The translations under genes were made by a program, and so were the position numbers. A model generated the notes under the pieces. It did not search any database. It was not told the DNA's origin and was given only the letters and a program-made list of their open reading frames with translations. DNA of 64,000 nt from Thermodesulfobacteriota bacterium (GTDB lineage Bacteria > Desulfobacterota_D > UBA1144 > Nemesobacterales > N074bin48), in assembly GCA_041572575.1 (NCBI GenBank), contig JBFFSH010000002.1:15973-79972 (forward strand). Reading direction: 5' to 3'. Below are positions 28,546 to 40,384 of this stretch, one piece after another. Numbering within the stretch: the stretch's first letter is position 1; each line of letters opens with the position of its first letter.

Positions 28546-30960
28546 TCAGGAACGCATACGCGCATCTAAGCTTTCACTTAGTTTATCAAATATAGAAGAT
28601 TGTACAAGATTTGCCTGTTCATCAGTAAGTGTGGTTTCCTTGGACCTTATAATAAGTGAAATGGAAACACTCTTTTGACCCGTCTTGGCCAGGTCACCCT
28701 CACTGTAAACATCAAATATTTTTACATTCTCTATTAATTCATTTTCTGTTTTCTTAATTTCTTCCAGTATCCTCTTTACACTTATACTACTATCTACAAC
28801 TAATGACAAGTCCCTTTTTGTATAGGGAAACCTTGGAATAGGTGTAAATTTGCTGACATTTTGTTTCTGTGTTTCAAGTAAAGCACTAAGGTCAATCTCT
28901 GATATAATTACATCAGTATCTATATCAAGACTCGATAAAAAATCAGGATGCAGATATCCCAAGTAACCAATTTCAAATCCGTCTGACATAATCAAAGCTG
29001 ATTTTCCCGGATGAACAAAAATAATGCTTGATGCATCAGCTTCAAGGTCTACTCTGCCGTCCAGCCTTAAAAACGAAATCAGATTAATAAGCAAGTTCTT
29101 TAAATCAAAAAAGTCATATTTTCTTTTATCCCATAGCTCATTATCATTTTCAACTGATGCAGCTATACAAAGCTTTAGATTTTCCTCCATCCCATTTTTA
29201 GTCTTTTCATAAGTCCTTGAAATCTCAAAGAGCTTAATATCTACCGCCTGATTGTTGAGATTTCTCTTATAATTATCAAGCACGCTCTGAATAATGGAAG
29301 TTCTCATACAAGACTGCTCTGTAGTAAGCGGATTTACTAAATCTATTCCTGCTTTTTTTGAAAACATCTGCAGTGCACCCGGATCAGAAAAACTGTAATT
29401 TATCACTTCACTAAATCCTGAACCGGCAAGAAATTTCTTTATCTCCCTTACTGAGCTAAAATTGCCTTTAGTGTTTATATCGCTTTTTACTGAAACCTGA
29501 GGCAGCGTGAAAGGCACAGAGTTATAACCATAAATTATTGCAATATCCTCAATGAGATCAATCTCCCTTGTGAGATCCACCCTGTATGTTGGCACCCTGC
29601 AATTAACAATGTTTCCATCCGAGCCTTCAATTTCTACATCCATAGAGTTTAATATGCTCTCAATTTCACTGTTTGAGAGATTAATCCCAACTGCTGAATT
29701 GAGGTTTTGTGTGTTTAGGTTTATTAATATAGGTTTAGCTTTTTTAGGATAAACATCTACGATGGCTTTATTAACCCTACCCGACGCTAATGCACTGAGC
29801 AGATAGCTTGTCCTATCTACCACCATGTCTATTGATTGAGGGTCAAGACCTCTTTCAAACCTGTAAGATGACTCCGTAGAAAGCTTTAATCTCTTTGATG
29901 TCTTTCTAACAGTTGTTGGATCAAAATATGCACACTCAAGTACTAAAGAGGTAGTGCTGTCAGACACTTCAGAATTTTCTCCACCCATAACCCCCGCAAT
30001 AGCAATCGGCTTTGAAGCATCACAAATAAGTAAATCATCCGGTGTCAGTTCTCTTTCGTTTTTATCAAGGGTGTTAATCTTTTCATCCTGTTTTGCAGTT
30101 CTTACTATAACCTTCAATCCTTCCAGAAACTTAGCATCAAACGCATGTAAAGGATGACCATATTCAAGCATCACATAGTTTGTAATATCGACTACATTAT
30201 TGATGGCCCTAACTCCGCAGGCCTGCAGCCTTTGCCTAAGCCACCAGGGTGATTTACGTATTTCGAGATTATCTATATATCTTCCCGTGTATCTTGGGCA
30301 CCGGTCTTCGTCTTTTATCTCGACTCTAAGATTACTATTTTCTTTAATATCAAAAACTTCATAACTATTTTCAGGGTATTTTATTTTTCTGTTAACCACA
30401 GCCGAGAGCTGTCTTGCCACACCCAATACACTAAGGCAGTCGGGTCTGTTGGGGGTTACCCCAATCTCAAACACCCAGTCATCAAGTCCCAGCGCTTCTA
30501 CAATAGTGCTTCCAAGAGAAGGATTTTCATCAGTTAAGATCATAATTCCTTCGCTATCTTCTCCAAGACCAATCTCATTTTCTGCACACAGCATACCTTC
30601 AGATACTTCGCCCCTGATTTTAGATTTCTTGATTTTTATTCCGTCCGGAAACTTTGCAGTTTTTGGAAGTTTTGCTCCAATCTTGGCAAGCGCAACAATG
30701 TCTCCATCTTTCATATTTTTTGCGCCACATACGATATTATAGTCTGTGCTACCGTCTGTTACGTCACATATAACAAGCCTGGATGCATCGGGATGCGCCC
30801 TAATCTTAAGTATCTTAGCCACTACGATGTTATCCAGTCCTGAAGCCAGCGGAGTTACAGACTCTACCTCAAGACCAGCATTTGTGAGAATTTCGGCAAG
30901 ATCATAAGGATCTTCTTTAATATCAATAAAGTCTTTAAGCCAGTTAAGTGTAATAAGCAT
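28546..30960 (-). CDS. pheT: phenylalanine--tRNA ligase beta subunit
   Basis: 804 aa with tRNA-binding, B3/4, B5 and FDX-ACB-like regions; no pheS adjacent in this window. Confidence 0.9.
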   Translation of the reverse strand: MLITLNWLKDFIDIKEDPYDLAEILTNAGLEVESVTPLASGLDNIVVAKILKIRAHPDASRLVICDVTDGSTDYNIVCGAKNMKDGDIVALAKIGAKLPKTAKFPDGIKIKKSKIRGEVSEGMLCAENEIGLGEDSEGIMILTDENPSLGSTIVEALGLDDWVFEIGVTPNRPDCLSVLGVARQLSAVVNRKIKYPENSYEVFDIKENSNLRVEIKDEDRCPRYTGRYIDNLEIRKSPWWLRQRLQACGVRAINNVVDITNYVMLEYGHPLHAFDAKFLEGLKVIVRTAKQDEKINTLDKNERELTPDDLLICDASKPIAIAGVMGGENSEVSDSTTSLVLECAYFDPTTVRKTSKRLKLSTESSYRFERGLDPQSIDMVVDRTSYLLSALASGRVNKAIVDVYPKKAKPILINLNTQNLNSAVGINLSNSEIESILNSMDVEIEGSDGNIVNCRVPTYRVDLTREIDLIEDIAIIYGYNSVPFTLPQVSVKSDINTKGNFSSVREIKKFLAGSGFSEVINYSFSDPGALQMFSKKAGIDLVNPLTTEQSCMRTSIIQSVLDNYKRNLNNQAVDIKLFEISRTYEKTKNGMEENLKLCIAASVENDNELWDKRKYDFFDLKNLLINLISFLRLDGRVDLEADASSIIFVHPGKSALIMSDGFEIGYLGYLHPDFLSSLDIDTDVIISEIDLSALLETQKQNVSKFTPIPRFPYTKRDLSLVVDSSISVKRILEEIKKTENELIENVKIFDVYSEGDLAKTGQKSVSISLIIRSKETTLTDEQANLVQSSIFDKLSESLDARMRS

Positions 30961-31255
30961 ATTGTTATAATTTATAAACTAAATTTACTATCTCTATTTA
31001 ATCTTAATCAATGATAATAAACCTTCGTTCTACAAAATAATCAAATCCAGAGTGATATTGTTTTACTAAAATATCCAGACAAAGCAAACAACGACTTTTT
31101 TAATTATAAAAAAATTTATATCCATAAAAGATTATAATTTAAGAATTTACTGATATATCACTTTAAGTATAATATATAACCTATTGATTTATATATTTAT
31201 TTTAGTCATAATATATACGAATCAAATCCAAATTATATTTTAAAAATTTAAAAAT

Positions 31256-32524
31256 ATGAAAATATTAACAAAAACAACAATTTCTTTTCTGTTAATTTTG
31301 CTTATAAGCTCAAACATAGATAGTTTTGCAAAAAATAAGGTAAGGACCGAAATAGACTCTATATCGGCAATTCAGAATATTATCTTTGATACTGCTGCGG
31401 GCAAGATCATAGTATCCATACCTGAAGATATACTCGCAGGAGATATGATAAGCGGTACGATAACAAAAGAACCTAAAGGAAAAAATGAAAGCGACATGAT
31501 GGATAATTTATCTAAACTGGATAAATATTCTGTAGAGATTAACAATGAAACAACTGTTGTAAGCGAAAGAGATATAAAATTTAATATTCCAAAATCAAGC
31601 ACCGGCGGAGTAACTTACATGATACTCAGAGGAGCCAGCGGAGATGAATGGGCAAGAAATTATATTACTTACCAAAATTCTTCTCTAAATATTAAGAGCT
31701 ATGAAGCGCCTTCTCCATGGGAATATCAATCACCAAAGATTGGCAGATCATCAAATCCATCGGTTATAAAAGGACCGTTTGATGGAAATTTTGGCACAAC
31801 CAGCATTGTAATTGGCAATACATCTGTAAAGAAAATTGCCGAATCACCAAGAGTGTTGGTGTTTGAAAATCCTTCAAATCCTATAGGCAATATAGATCTG
31901 GTTTTAAATGAACGCGGGGTAAATGTTAAGAGAAAATACAGCAATATCAAAGTTGTTAAAGTTGATGAAAACGGAAGTAGTGAACTAACAGCTACAGGAA
32001 TTATGGAAACAGATAAGAATAAACAAATAACAAAAGAAGCTGAAACACCAATAGAACAAGATGACAGTGTTGTAAAAGTAAACACTGATAGAAAAGGTGA
32101 TACCTCCGCAATGAATGAAATAGTATCCGAAAATGAGCGGGGATTTCTTAAAGAATCAAGCATTCCAATAGAATCTGGCAATGAAATTATTAATGCAAAA
32201 GCAGATCCTCAAAGCAAAGAAGAAAATACAAATAATGCTGCAGGGATTGACAATAATCCAAAAAGTTCATCAACCCAATCAGGCAAATACACAGTACAGA
32301 TTGCTTCATATAAACAGCAAGAAGATGCAATGAAGCTTGCAAAGAGACTACAGTCAAAAGGATATGAAGCTTATATAATTCAGGCAAAGGTACCTTCTAA
32401 AGGCACATGGCACAGGGTAAGGATAGGAAGCTATCCAACCAAAACAGAGGCTAAAAATTACGGCAGCCATTTAGCTAAAAATGAACCCCTTATAGACTCA
32501 ATGTTCGTTACTCTAAATAATTAG
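31256..32524 (+). CDS. SPOR-domain protein with signal peptide
   Basis: C-terminal SPOR YTVQIASYKQQEDAMKLAKRLQSKGYEAYII...WHRVRIGSY. Confidence 0.75.
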   Translation: MKILTKTTISFLLILLISSNIDSFAKNKVRTEIDSISAIQNIIFDTAAGKIIVSIPEDILAGDMISGTITKEPKGKNESDMMDNLSKLDKYSVEINNETTVVSERDIKFNIPKSSTGGVTYMILRGASGDEWARNYITYQNSSLNIKSYEAPSPWEYQSPKIGRSSNPSVIKGPFDGNFGTTSIVIGNTSVKKIAESPRVLVFENPSNPIGNIDLVLNERGVNVKRKYSNIKVVKVDENGSSELTATGIMETDKNKQITKEAETPIEQDDSVVKVNTDRKGDTSAMNEIVSENERGFLKESSIPIESGNEIINAKADPQSKEENTNNAAGIDNNPKSSSTQSGKYTVQIASYKQQEDAMKLAKRLQSKGYEAYIIQAKVPSKGTWHRVRIGSYPTKTEAKNYGSHLAKNEPLIDSMFVTLNN

Positions 32525-32717
32525 AATTGATAGGATATCCAAAATACCCGTCATACCACTACATATTGTATATATAAAGAAATAATAAATACAATATATT
32601 GTGTTCACTGTTTATTTTAAAAATTTGTAAAATAAGTCTTTACAAACATATCAAAAAGCTATAAAATACTACAACTAAAGTAATAGATTCAATAATAAGG
32701 ATTATTGGAGAATAGAG

Positions 32718-33188
32718 ATGGAGACTATTGGAAAAATTTTAAGTCTTGTTTTCATAGCGGTTGTGGGTGCCGGTGGAGCAACGATGTATATACTTGATTC
32801 CAACAAACCGGTGGTAGAACAAAGAGAGGTATTCGATGCTGATAAATACCTTGGAAAAGCAGATGATGATCTGGCAAAGTACAGGGAGCATTTAAGAAAC
32901 AGTTATATCGAAAGCCAGCCACCTGGTGAACAGGTTTCTACTGTAAAAGCCAATCAGAACGTCTGGAGTGATACATACACAAATAAGCTTCCTGACTTCA
33001 TATCCGAAGATGAAGTTAAGACTATCGCATCGAATCATGAAGTTAATGAGCTTCGCGAGAAGATGAACTTCTGGCATATCAAGTATCACAAATCGCTTAA
33101 AAACAAAAAGACATTAGAAGCTAATGAAGCTTATAAAAAGCATAAAAGCTATAAGTTTGCCTTAGATTACAAGAATACTTTTAATTAA
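32718..33188 (+). CDS. hypothetical protein with an N-terminal TM anchor
   Basis: ORF with one N-terminal TM; no family recognised. Confidence 0.35.
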   Translation: METIGKILSLVFIAVVGAGGATMYILDSNKPVVEQREVFDADKYLGKADDDLAKYREHLRNSYIESQPPGEQVSTVKANQNVWSDTYTNKLPDFISEDEVKTIASNHEVNELREKMNFWHIKYHKSLKNKKTLEANEAYKKHKSYKFALDYKNTFN

Positions 33189-33273
33189 ACTGATTTACTA
33201 AATTTTTTAAAGCGAAGCCAGACTATATCTATATGATGTAGTCTGGCTTTTTTTATTCCTTTAATGTGTTATA

Positions 33274-34035
33274 TCATAAATCCAGAAATACCTTGGTCAG
33301 AAAAAAATCAGCGATAATAATAAGCACCAAAGACACTACCACCGTCTTTGTAGTGGAATTTCCAACTCCCTGAGTACCGCCTGAAGCCTTCATTCCTATA
33401 TAACATGCTATTATCGCTACGATAAGTCCAAAGAATACAGTTTTAACAATCCCGCTCAAAAAGTCAGCCAACAATACAAAACCCACAATCTCGGATAAAA
33501 AAAGTCTAGGTGTAACACTAAGCTCGGTATAGGCAATGAGCATGGCTCCTCCAATACCTGCAAGATCCGCTATAACAGCAAGGAGCGGAAATGATATAAT
33601 GCATGCAATAAGTCTTGGAACCACAAGTTTTTTAATAGGATCAGCTCCAAGAGTCTTCATAGCGTCCAGTTGTTCAGTTACATTCATAGATCCGATCTCT
33701 GCCGTAATACCAGAGCCAACCCTTCCACCCACAAGTAGTGAAGACAGAATAGGGCCAAGCTCTCTTACCATTGCAAGTGTAACCAAAGGTCCAACAAGCC
33801 CTTTGGCTCCAAAAGCTGCAAACCCGTATGCCATCTGAACTACCATAACCATACCTATTGAAACTGATGAGAGGATTACTATTGGAATAGACTTAAAACC
33901 CAGCTGATATATCTGTTCCAGAATTAATTTTACTTCAATTGGAGGTTTAAAAGAATATATTATTGCCTTATATAAGAGTTTAGTCAGATCCCCCAGATCA
34001 TTTAAGAAAATTATAGCTGTATTTTTATTGTTCAT
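33274..34035 (-). CDS. mlaE: MlaE-family ABC transporter permease
   Basis: MlaE/YrbE-like start IIFLNDLGDLTKLLYKAI...LEQIYQLGFKSIPIVILS. Confidence 0.75.
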   Translation of the reverse strand: MNNKNTAIIFLNDLGDLTKLLYKAIIYSFKPPIEVKLILEQIYQLGFKSIPIVILSSVSIGMVMVVQMAYGFAAFGAKGLVGPLVTLAMVRELGPILSSLLVGGRVGSGITAEIGSMNVTEQLDAMKTLGADPIKKLVVPRLIACIISFPLLAVIADLAGIGGAMLIAYTELSVTPRLFLSEIVGFVLLADFLSGIVKTVFFGLIVAIIACYIGMKASGGTQGVGNSTTKTVVVSLVLIIIADFFLTKVFLDL

Positions 34036-34573
34036 TTTCTATAAGTTCAAATTCGGAAATAAAGTTTTTAAATTCCTTATAGCCTTTATTAAAATTCAGC
34101 ACGTCTGAGATGTACGAAAAGTCATAAACACATAGCTCCTTTTGGTATACTATAATACTCATCTTTACTCTATTATTATCATATTGGCCATAATACTTAC
34201 TCTCAAGCGCCCCTTCTTTATTAGCCGTAGCTACTAACCTTTCAATTAATTGCTTATTTTTTAACCCTGATAGTAGTGAATCGGATAAAGTTGTTAGGTT
34301 ATAATTGCCAGTGTTGCTGCACGTAGAGTTAACATTAATAGTCGAGTTTAGTGATTTATTATAGAAGGCTAGATCTCCAAATTCCAGATTTACAATCTTC
34401 CAGTTTTCATTTAATTTTCCTACCTTATATGTTATATCTCTTTTTATAAATGTCTGGTCAGTAAAGTTTTTTTTGGTCTCCAGTGATGAGTAAGCCTTAA
34501 TAAAGTCTACACTGGAACACGAAATCATTAACAATAAAAAACTCAGTAGTAATTTAAAACAATTTTGTATCAT
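34025..34573 (-). CDS. hypothetical lipoprotein, co-transcribed with mlaE
   Basis: Lipobox LLMISCSS; 11-nt overlap with mlaE. Confidence 0.45.
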   Translation of the reverse strand: MIQNCFKLLLSFLLLMISCSSVDFIKAYSSLETKKNFTDQTFIKRDITYKVGKLNENWKIVNLEFGDLAFYNKSLNSTINVNSTCSNTGNYNLTTLSDSLLSGLKNKQLIERLVATANKEGALESKYYGQYDNNRVKMSIIVYQKELCVYDFSYISDVLNFNKGYKEFKNFISEFELIENEQ

Positions 34574-34707
34574 TTATAATTTGTTTATTTAGTAATATAA
34601 AAATATCACAGCAATTTTATATAAGCACATTAAATAATATCTTATAAAATAATAGAATCCATCTTTTGGCAGCACTCATCATAATTAATATTTTACAAAT
34701 TGGCTAA

Positions 34708-34965
34708 ATGAATAAAATAACAGTATATACTTCTAGCTTTTGCGGGTACTGCATTGCAGCAAAGTCTCTGCTTAGCAAAAAAGGTGTGCCGTTTGAAGAA
34801 ATTAATCTATCAACTTCACCTGAACTTAGAGAAGATGTAGTAGAAAAATGGCAATGGCGCACTTTACCTCTAATAATTATTAATGATAACCTCATTGGAG
34901 GCTTCAGGGAACTTGCAATGCTTGAGAGCAGTAATAAACTGGATAGTTTGATAAATTCAGATTAA
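34708..34965 (+). CDS. glutaredoxin
   Basis: ITVYTSSFCGYCIAAK; the active site is CGYC rather than CPYC. Confidence 0.8.
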   Translation: MNKITVYTSSFCGYCIAAKSLLSKKGVPFEEINLSTSPELREDVVEKWQWRTLPLIIINDNLIGGFRELAMLESSNKLDSLINSD

Positions 34966-35004
34966 ACTCCTTTCTTTTTTTAAACTAAAATCAAGGATAA
35001 CAAT

Positions 35005-36414
35005 ATGAGTGTAATTACGAGATTTGCCCCAAGCCCCACAGGAGCTTTGCATATTGGTGGAGTAAGGACCGCTATATTTAACTGGCTTTATGCAAGACAT
35101 AATAAAGGCAAATTTTTGCTTAGAATTGAAGATACCGACCAGCAAAGATCAACCGAGGAGTCTGTAACTGAAATTTTGGAAGGACTTAAATGGCTTGGGC
35201 TGGACTGGGACGGCAACCCCGTAAGACAGTCATCAAACCTGGACAAATATAACGAGTTTGCAAACAAACTCATAGAACAAGGGGATGCTTATAGGTGTTA
35301 CTGTACTCCTGAAGAGATAGAACAAAGAAGAGCTGAATTTAAAGAAAAAAATATTACTTACAGATATGAAGGTACTTGCAGAAATAATGACAACAAATAC
35401 TCGGATAAGTCTTATGCAGTCCGCCTCAAAACCCCTGAAAATGGTTTTATTGAAATAAAAGATAAACTTAGGGGAACAATAAGCTACGACCTAAAAGAAA
35501 TAGACGATTTTGTGATTATAAAACGTGATGGTTTTCCCACCTATAACTTTGCTGCTGTTATCGATGACTCCTCCATGGGAATAACCGATATAATAAGAGG
35601 AGACGACCATCTATCAAACACACCCAAACAAGCTCTGATATATAATATGCTTGGACTTAAACTACCAAACTTTGCCCATGTCTCCATGATCCTGGGGCAG
35701 GACAAGGCAAAGCTAAGCAAGAGGCATGGAGCCGTATCCATTTTAGCTTACAGAGATAACGGCTATTTGCCAGAATCCATGCTCAATTTTTTAGTGCGGC
35801 TTGGCTGGTCTCATGGTGATCAGGAAATATTTTCTAAAGAGCAGTTAATAGAACTCTTTAATTTAGAGAGTCTTGGCAAAACTCCTGCTGTATTTAACGA
35901 AGAAAAACTCTCGTGGCTAAATACTCATTATATTAAGAACACAGATATAGAAAATTTAGCAAGACACACAGCCCCATTTTTTGAAAAAAGCGGAATAGAT
36001 GTAACCCAAAACAGGGATAAGTTTCATGGTGTATTAAATACTCTTAGAGAAAGAGTTCAAACTCTGGATGAATATCCGGAAAAAAGCATTTATTTTTTCA
36101 AAGATGTGAATGTTTATGAGGAAAAAGCGGATAAAAAGTTTCTAAATGATAAAACACTTCCCATATTACAAAAAATAAAGGATGAGTTATCTGCTGTGGA
36201 AATTTTTGAACACGAGATTCTTCACAGCACATTTGAAAAAATCATGGCTGACCTTGATCTTAAATTCGGCAAGATTGCACAGCCCCTAAGAGTAGCGCTT
36301 ACAGGAGGAACTGTAAGCCCCGGAATATTTGAGGTAATAGAAACACTGGGAAAGGAAACTACACTAATGAGGCTTGATAATGCAATAAATCACATCCAAT
36401 CAAATAACCAGTAA
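35005..36414 (+). CDS. gltX: glutamate--tRNA ligase
   Basis: RFAPSPTGALHIGGVRTA HIGH region; KLSKR. Confidence 0.9.
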   Translation: MSVITRFAPSPTGALHIGGVRTAIFNWLYARHNKGKFLLRIEDTDQQRSTEESVTEILEGLKWLGLDWDGNPVRQSSNLDKYNEFANKLIEQGDAYRCYCTPEEIEQRRAEFKEKNITYRYEGTCRNNDNKYSDKSYAVRLKTPENGFIEIKDKLRGTISYDLKEIDDFVIIKRDGFPTYNFAAVIDDSSMGITDIIRGDDHLSNTPKQALIYNMLGLKLPNFAHVSMILGQDKAKLSKRHGAVSILAYRDNGYLPESMLNFLVRLGWSHGDQEIFSKEQLIELFNLESLGKTPAVFNEEKLSWLNTHYIKNTDIENLARHTAPFFEKSGIDVTQNRDKFHGVLNTLRERVQTLDEYPEKSIYFFKDVNVYEEKADKKFLNDKTLPILQKIKDELSAVEIFEHEILHSTFEKIMADLDLKFGKIAQPLRVALTGGTVSPGIFEVIETLGKETTLMRLDNAINHIQSNNQ

Positions 36415-36525
36415 TCCATGTAAAGTTCATATAACACCTATCCGATTATCTTTTATTAACCAGGGATAAGGTATTTATTTATCTCATATTTTGATTTATT
36501 GCCTAGTGGTCTTAGAATATAAGAG

Positions 36526-37128
36526 ATGAAGATAATAGGCCTTACTGGAAACATTGCATCCGGAAAATCTACAGTAGCATCCATTCTAAAAAACCTTGGA
36601 GCATCAATAATCGATGCAGATCAGATTGCTAGAGATGTAGTGGGTAAAGGCAAACCTGCGCTCCAAAAAATTGCAGATCACTTCGGAACTGAGGTTCTTA
36701 AGAGTGACGAGACTCTAAACAGGGAAGTTCTTGGCAGTATTGTATTTAATGATGAAGATAAAAGAGAGATACTAAACAGTATTATACACCCGGAAATTTT
36801 AAGGGAGATATCCACATTAATAGATAAATATAGAAGCGAAGGTAAAGATATAGTAATTATAGAAGCTGCGCTTATTGTTGAACGTGAAAAACTAAAACAA
36901 ATGATAGATAAGTTAATTGTTGTTAACACCTCTGAAAAAACCCAGATGGAAAGATTAATGAGAAGAAATGACTATTCTGCAAAGCAGGCTCAGGCAAGAA
37001 TTAACTCTCAGATGCCTGCTGAGCAAAAAATTAAGCATGCTGATTATATTATCAATAACGATTCTGATCTTGAGCATCTTTCCAATCAGACAAAAGAAAT
37101 CTGGGATGAGCTGCAATTAGATGATTAA
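36526..37128 (+). CDS. coaE: dephospho-CoA kinase
   Basis: IIGLTGNIASGKSTVA P-loop. Confidence 0.9.
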   Translation: MKIIGLTGNIASGKSTVASILKNLGASIIDADQIARDVVGKGKPALQKIADHFGTEVLKSDETLNREVLGSIVFNDEDKREILNSIIHPEILREISTLIDKYRSEGKDIVIIEAALIVEREKLKQMIDKLIVVNTSEKTQMERLMRRNDYSAKQAQARINSQMPAEQKIKHADYIINNDSDLEHLSNQTKEIWDELQLDD

Positions 37129-37319
37129 GCACAGAGAAATAAAAGTATATAACTGTTGTCTTAATGAATAAATTTCATTTTGATTAGAATCATTAAATCT
37201 GTTATATTGCAGAGGTTTTATGAGTTAATATCTCACTTTATTATTAATACATCTGGACTAATGTATAAAATAAAATTGAACTAATATTCTGTTAGGCAAA
37301 CATTGTAGGAGTAAGCACT

Positions 37320-38864
37320 ATGCAAGAGAAAATAGATTTACTTGAACAGAAGAACAAAGAAGCAGAGCTTGGCGGTGGAGAGAACAGGATTAAAAAGATA
37401 CATGAATCCGGTAAGCTTACGGCAAGAGAGAGAATAAACCTTCTACTGGATAAAAACTCCTTTGTAGAACTCGATAAATTTGCTGTGCACAAATGCACTG
37501 ACTTTGGAATGGAAAAAAAGAAATTCCTCGGTGACGGCGTAGTAACAGGCCACGGAAAGATTAACGGCAGGCAGGTTTTTGTATTTGCGCAGGATTTTTC
37601 AGTATTCGGCGGTTCTCTCGGACTTGTTCATGCAAAAAAAATTACAAAACTAATGGATATGGCGCTTCAGGTAGGTGCCCCGGTAATAGGACTAAATGAT
37701 TCAGGTGGGGCAAGAATCCAGGAAGGAGTCGAGAGCCTAGGGGGTTATGCAGATATATTTTTAAGAAATGTGCTCTCATCCGGAGTAGTTCCGCAAATAT
37801 CAGCCGTAATGGGTCCATGCGCAGGCGGTGCTGTATATTCCCCTGCTATTACCGACTTCATTATTATGGTTAAGAACACAAGCTATATGTTCATCACAGG
37901 ACCGGATGTTATTAAAACTGTTACTCATGAAGAAGTTGACAGAGAAGAGCTTGGTGGCGCTGATGTGCATAACGCTACAAGCGGAGTAGCTCATTTTTCT
38001 GTAGAGGACGACAATGACTGCATTTTATATATTAAAGAGCTTTTAAGCTTCCTGCCTTCCAATAATTTAGAAGACCCGCCGGCTATAGCATGTGATGATC
38101 CTGTGGACAGAAAAGAGATGTCACTAAGAGAGATCGTCCCTGATAATGCCAACAAACCTTATGACATTAAAGAAGTAATAAGAAAAGTAGTAGATAATGA
38201 ATATTTTTTCGAAGTACAAGAACAGTATGCAAAAAATATAGTCTGCGGATTTGCCAGAATGAACGGTAAGGTTGTTGGTATAGTAGGTAATCAGCCAAAT
38301 GTGCTTGCAGGATGTCTTGATATTGATGCTTCAATTAAAGGCGCAAGATTTGTAAGATTTTGCGATTGTTTTAATATTCCGCTTTTGTCATTTGTAGACG
38401 TACCGGGATTTCTGCCTGGAACCTCACAGGAATGGAACGGAATAATAAAGCACGGCGCAAAACTTCTATATGCATACTGCGAAGCTACTGTTCCAAGAGT
38501 TACCGTAATTACAAGAAAGGCATACGGCGGAGCCTATGATGTTATGTCATCAAAGCACATCAGGGGGGATTTTAATTTTGCATACCCAACAGCAGAGATT
38601 GCTGTTATGGGTTCTGAAGGTGCTGTTAATATTATCTCCAGAGCAGAGATTGCAGGAGCTGACGATCCGGACAGCGAAAGACTAAGGCTAACAAATGAAT
38701 ATAAGGAAAATTTTGCAAACCCCTACAGGGCAGCAGAACTAGGATATATAGATGAAGTGATCTTGCCAGAAGACACAAGATCACGCGTAATTGGAGCGTT
38801 TGAGCTTCTGGAAGGTAAAAGACAGACGAATCCACCTAAGAAACACGGCAATATTCCATTATAG
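37320..38864 (+). CDS. acyl-CoA carboxylase carboxyltransferase subunit (propionyl-CoA carboxylase beta / methylmalonyl-CoA carboxyltransferase family)
   Basis: 514 aa with a two-domain crotonase-like CT fold; neighbours are biotin carboxylase and BCCP. Confidence 0.85.
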   Translation: MQEKIDLLEQKNKEAELGGGENRIKKIHESGKLTARERINLLLDKNSFVELDKFAVHKCTDFGMEKKKFLGDGVVTGHGKINGRQVFVFAQDFSVFGGSLGLVHAKKITKLMDMALQVGAPVIGLNDSGGARIQEGVESLGGYADIFLRNVLSSGVVPQISAVMGPCAGGAVYSPAITDFIIMVKNTSYMFITGPDVIKTVTHEEVDREELGGADVHNATSGVAHFSVEDDNDCILYIKELLSFLPSNNLEDPPAIACDDPVDRKEMSLREIVPDNANKPYDIKEVIRKVVDNEYFFEVQEQYAKNIVCGFARMNGKVVGIVGNQPNVLAGCLDIDASIKGARFVRFCDCFNIPLLSFVDVPGFLPGTSQEWNGIIKHGAKLLYAYCEATVPRVTVITRKAYGGAYDVMSSKHIRGDFNFAYPTAEIAVMGSEGAVNIISRAEIAGADDPDSERLRLTNEYKENFANPYRAAELGYIDEVILPEDTRSRVIGAFELLEGKRQTNPPKKHGNIPL

Positions 38865-38884
38865 AGAATAAAAAGGAACAACGA

Positions 38885-40384
38885 ATGTTTAATAAAATAT
38901 TAATAGCGAATAGAGGTGAAATAGCTGTAAGGATTATAAGAGCCTGTAAGGAGCTTGGAATAAGCACTGTGGCGGTTTACTCTGAAGCAGACAGAAAATC
39001 TCTTCATGTAATCCTTGCAGATGAGGCTTATCATATCGGCCCGCCCGCTCCGAACAAGAGCTACCTGGTTAAAGAAAAGATAATAGAAGTAGCAAAGAAA
39101 TCAGGAGCTGAAGCTATTCACCCAGGCTTTGGATTTTTATCAGAAAATGAAAGTTTTGCCGATCTGTGTGAAAAGGAAGGAATAGTATTTATAGGTCCAA
39201 GCTCTGAAGCAATCAGACTCATGGGTGATAAGATTACCGCAAGGAAAATTGCTCAGGAAGCAAAAGTACCTCTTGTTCCCGGGTCAGACGGAGCAGTAAC
39301 AGATGTTCAGGCCGGAGTTATAGCAGATAAAATCGGTTACCCCGTGATGATAAAGGCTTCAGCCGGTGGCGGCGGTAAAGGAATGAGACTGGTACGGAAT
39401 AAAGAAGATTTCGAAAGCTCACTGCGTATGGCAAGAAGCGAAGCAAGGGGAGCTTTTGGAGATGATTCAGTATATGTAGAAAGGTTTGTAGAAAATCCTC
39501 GTCATATTGAAATTCAGATCCTTGCAGACTCTCACGGAAATGTACTCCATCTTTTTGAGCGTGAGTGTTCAATACAGAGAAGACACCAGAAGGTAATCGA
39601 AGAAGCTCCGTCGGGTTTTATAAGCGCTTCTACAAGAAAGAAGATGGGTGAGGTAGCTGTAAGGATTGCAAAAGCCGTTAACTACAGAGGAGCGGGAACA
39701 GTAGAATTTATTATGGATCAGAAGCAAAATTTCTACTTTTTGGAAATGAACACCCGAATTCAGGTAGAGCATCCTGTAACAGAGATGATAACAGGGCTAG
39801 ATATAGTAAAGTGGATGGTTAGAATTGCAGATGGACAAAAACTTCCATTCAAACAAAGCAAATTACAGATTAAAGGACACGCTCTGGAATGCAGGGTATA
39901 TGCCGAAGACCCTGAAATGAATTTCATTCCTTCCCCAGGTTTACTTCATTATGTAAAAGCACCCAGCGGCCCGGGAATAAGAGATGATTCATGCATTTAC
40001 AGCGGCTATGAGGTAACCTCATTTTATGACCCTATGCTGTCAAAACTCGTAGTATGGGGAGAAACCAGAGATGATGCTATAAACAAAATGCTCTCGGCTC
40101 TTAAGGAATACATAGTACTTGGCGTTAAAACCAATATTGGATTTTTAATAAGGGTTATGAGGGATGAGAACTTTAAGAAGGTAAATTTTGATACAGGTTT
40201 TATCGATAGATATCCTGAACTTTTAAAACCTACAAGCGAAGAACTAGACTTACCATTAATTGCAGCAGGCCTGGCAATTGATACTATGGAAGAATCTGCA
40301 AACACAAATAAAGCTTCAAAACCTGACTCTAACTGGAAAACACATGCAAGACAGCTTGGTGTATCGAGGAATTATACGCTATGA
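38885..40384 (+). CDS. biotin carboxylase subunit of acetyl/propionyl-CoA carboxylase
   Basis: KILIANRGEIAVRIIRACKELGI; ATP-grasp motifs. Confidence 0.9.
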   Translation: MFNKILIANRGEIAVRIIRACKELGISTVAVYSEADRKSLHVILADEAYHIGPPAPNKSYLVKEKIIEVAKKSGAEAIHPGFGFLSENESFADLCEKEGIVFIGPSSEAIRLMGDKITARKIAQEAKVPLVPGSDGAVTDVQAGVIADKIGYPVMIKASAGGGGKGMRLVRNKEDFESSLRMARSEARGAFGDDSVYVERFVENPRHIEIQILADSHGNVLHLFERECSIQRRHQKVIEEAPSGFISASTRKKMGEVAVRIAKAVNYRGAGTVEFIMDQKQNFYFLEMNTRIQVEHPVTEMITGLDIVKWMVRIADGQKLPFKQSKLQIKGHALECRVYAEDPEMNFIPSPGLLHYVKAPSGPGIRDDSCIYSGYEVTSFYDPMLSKLVVWGETRDDAINKMLSALKEYIVLGVKTNIGFLIRVMRDENFKKVNFDTGFIDRYPELLKPTSEELDLPLIAAGLAIDTMEESANTNKASKPDSNWKTHARQLGVSRNYTL

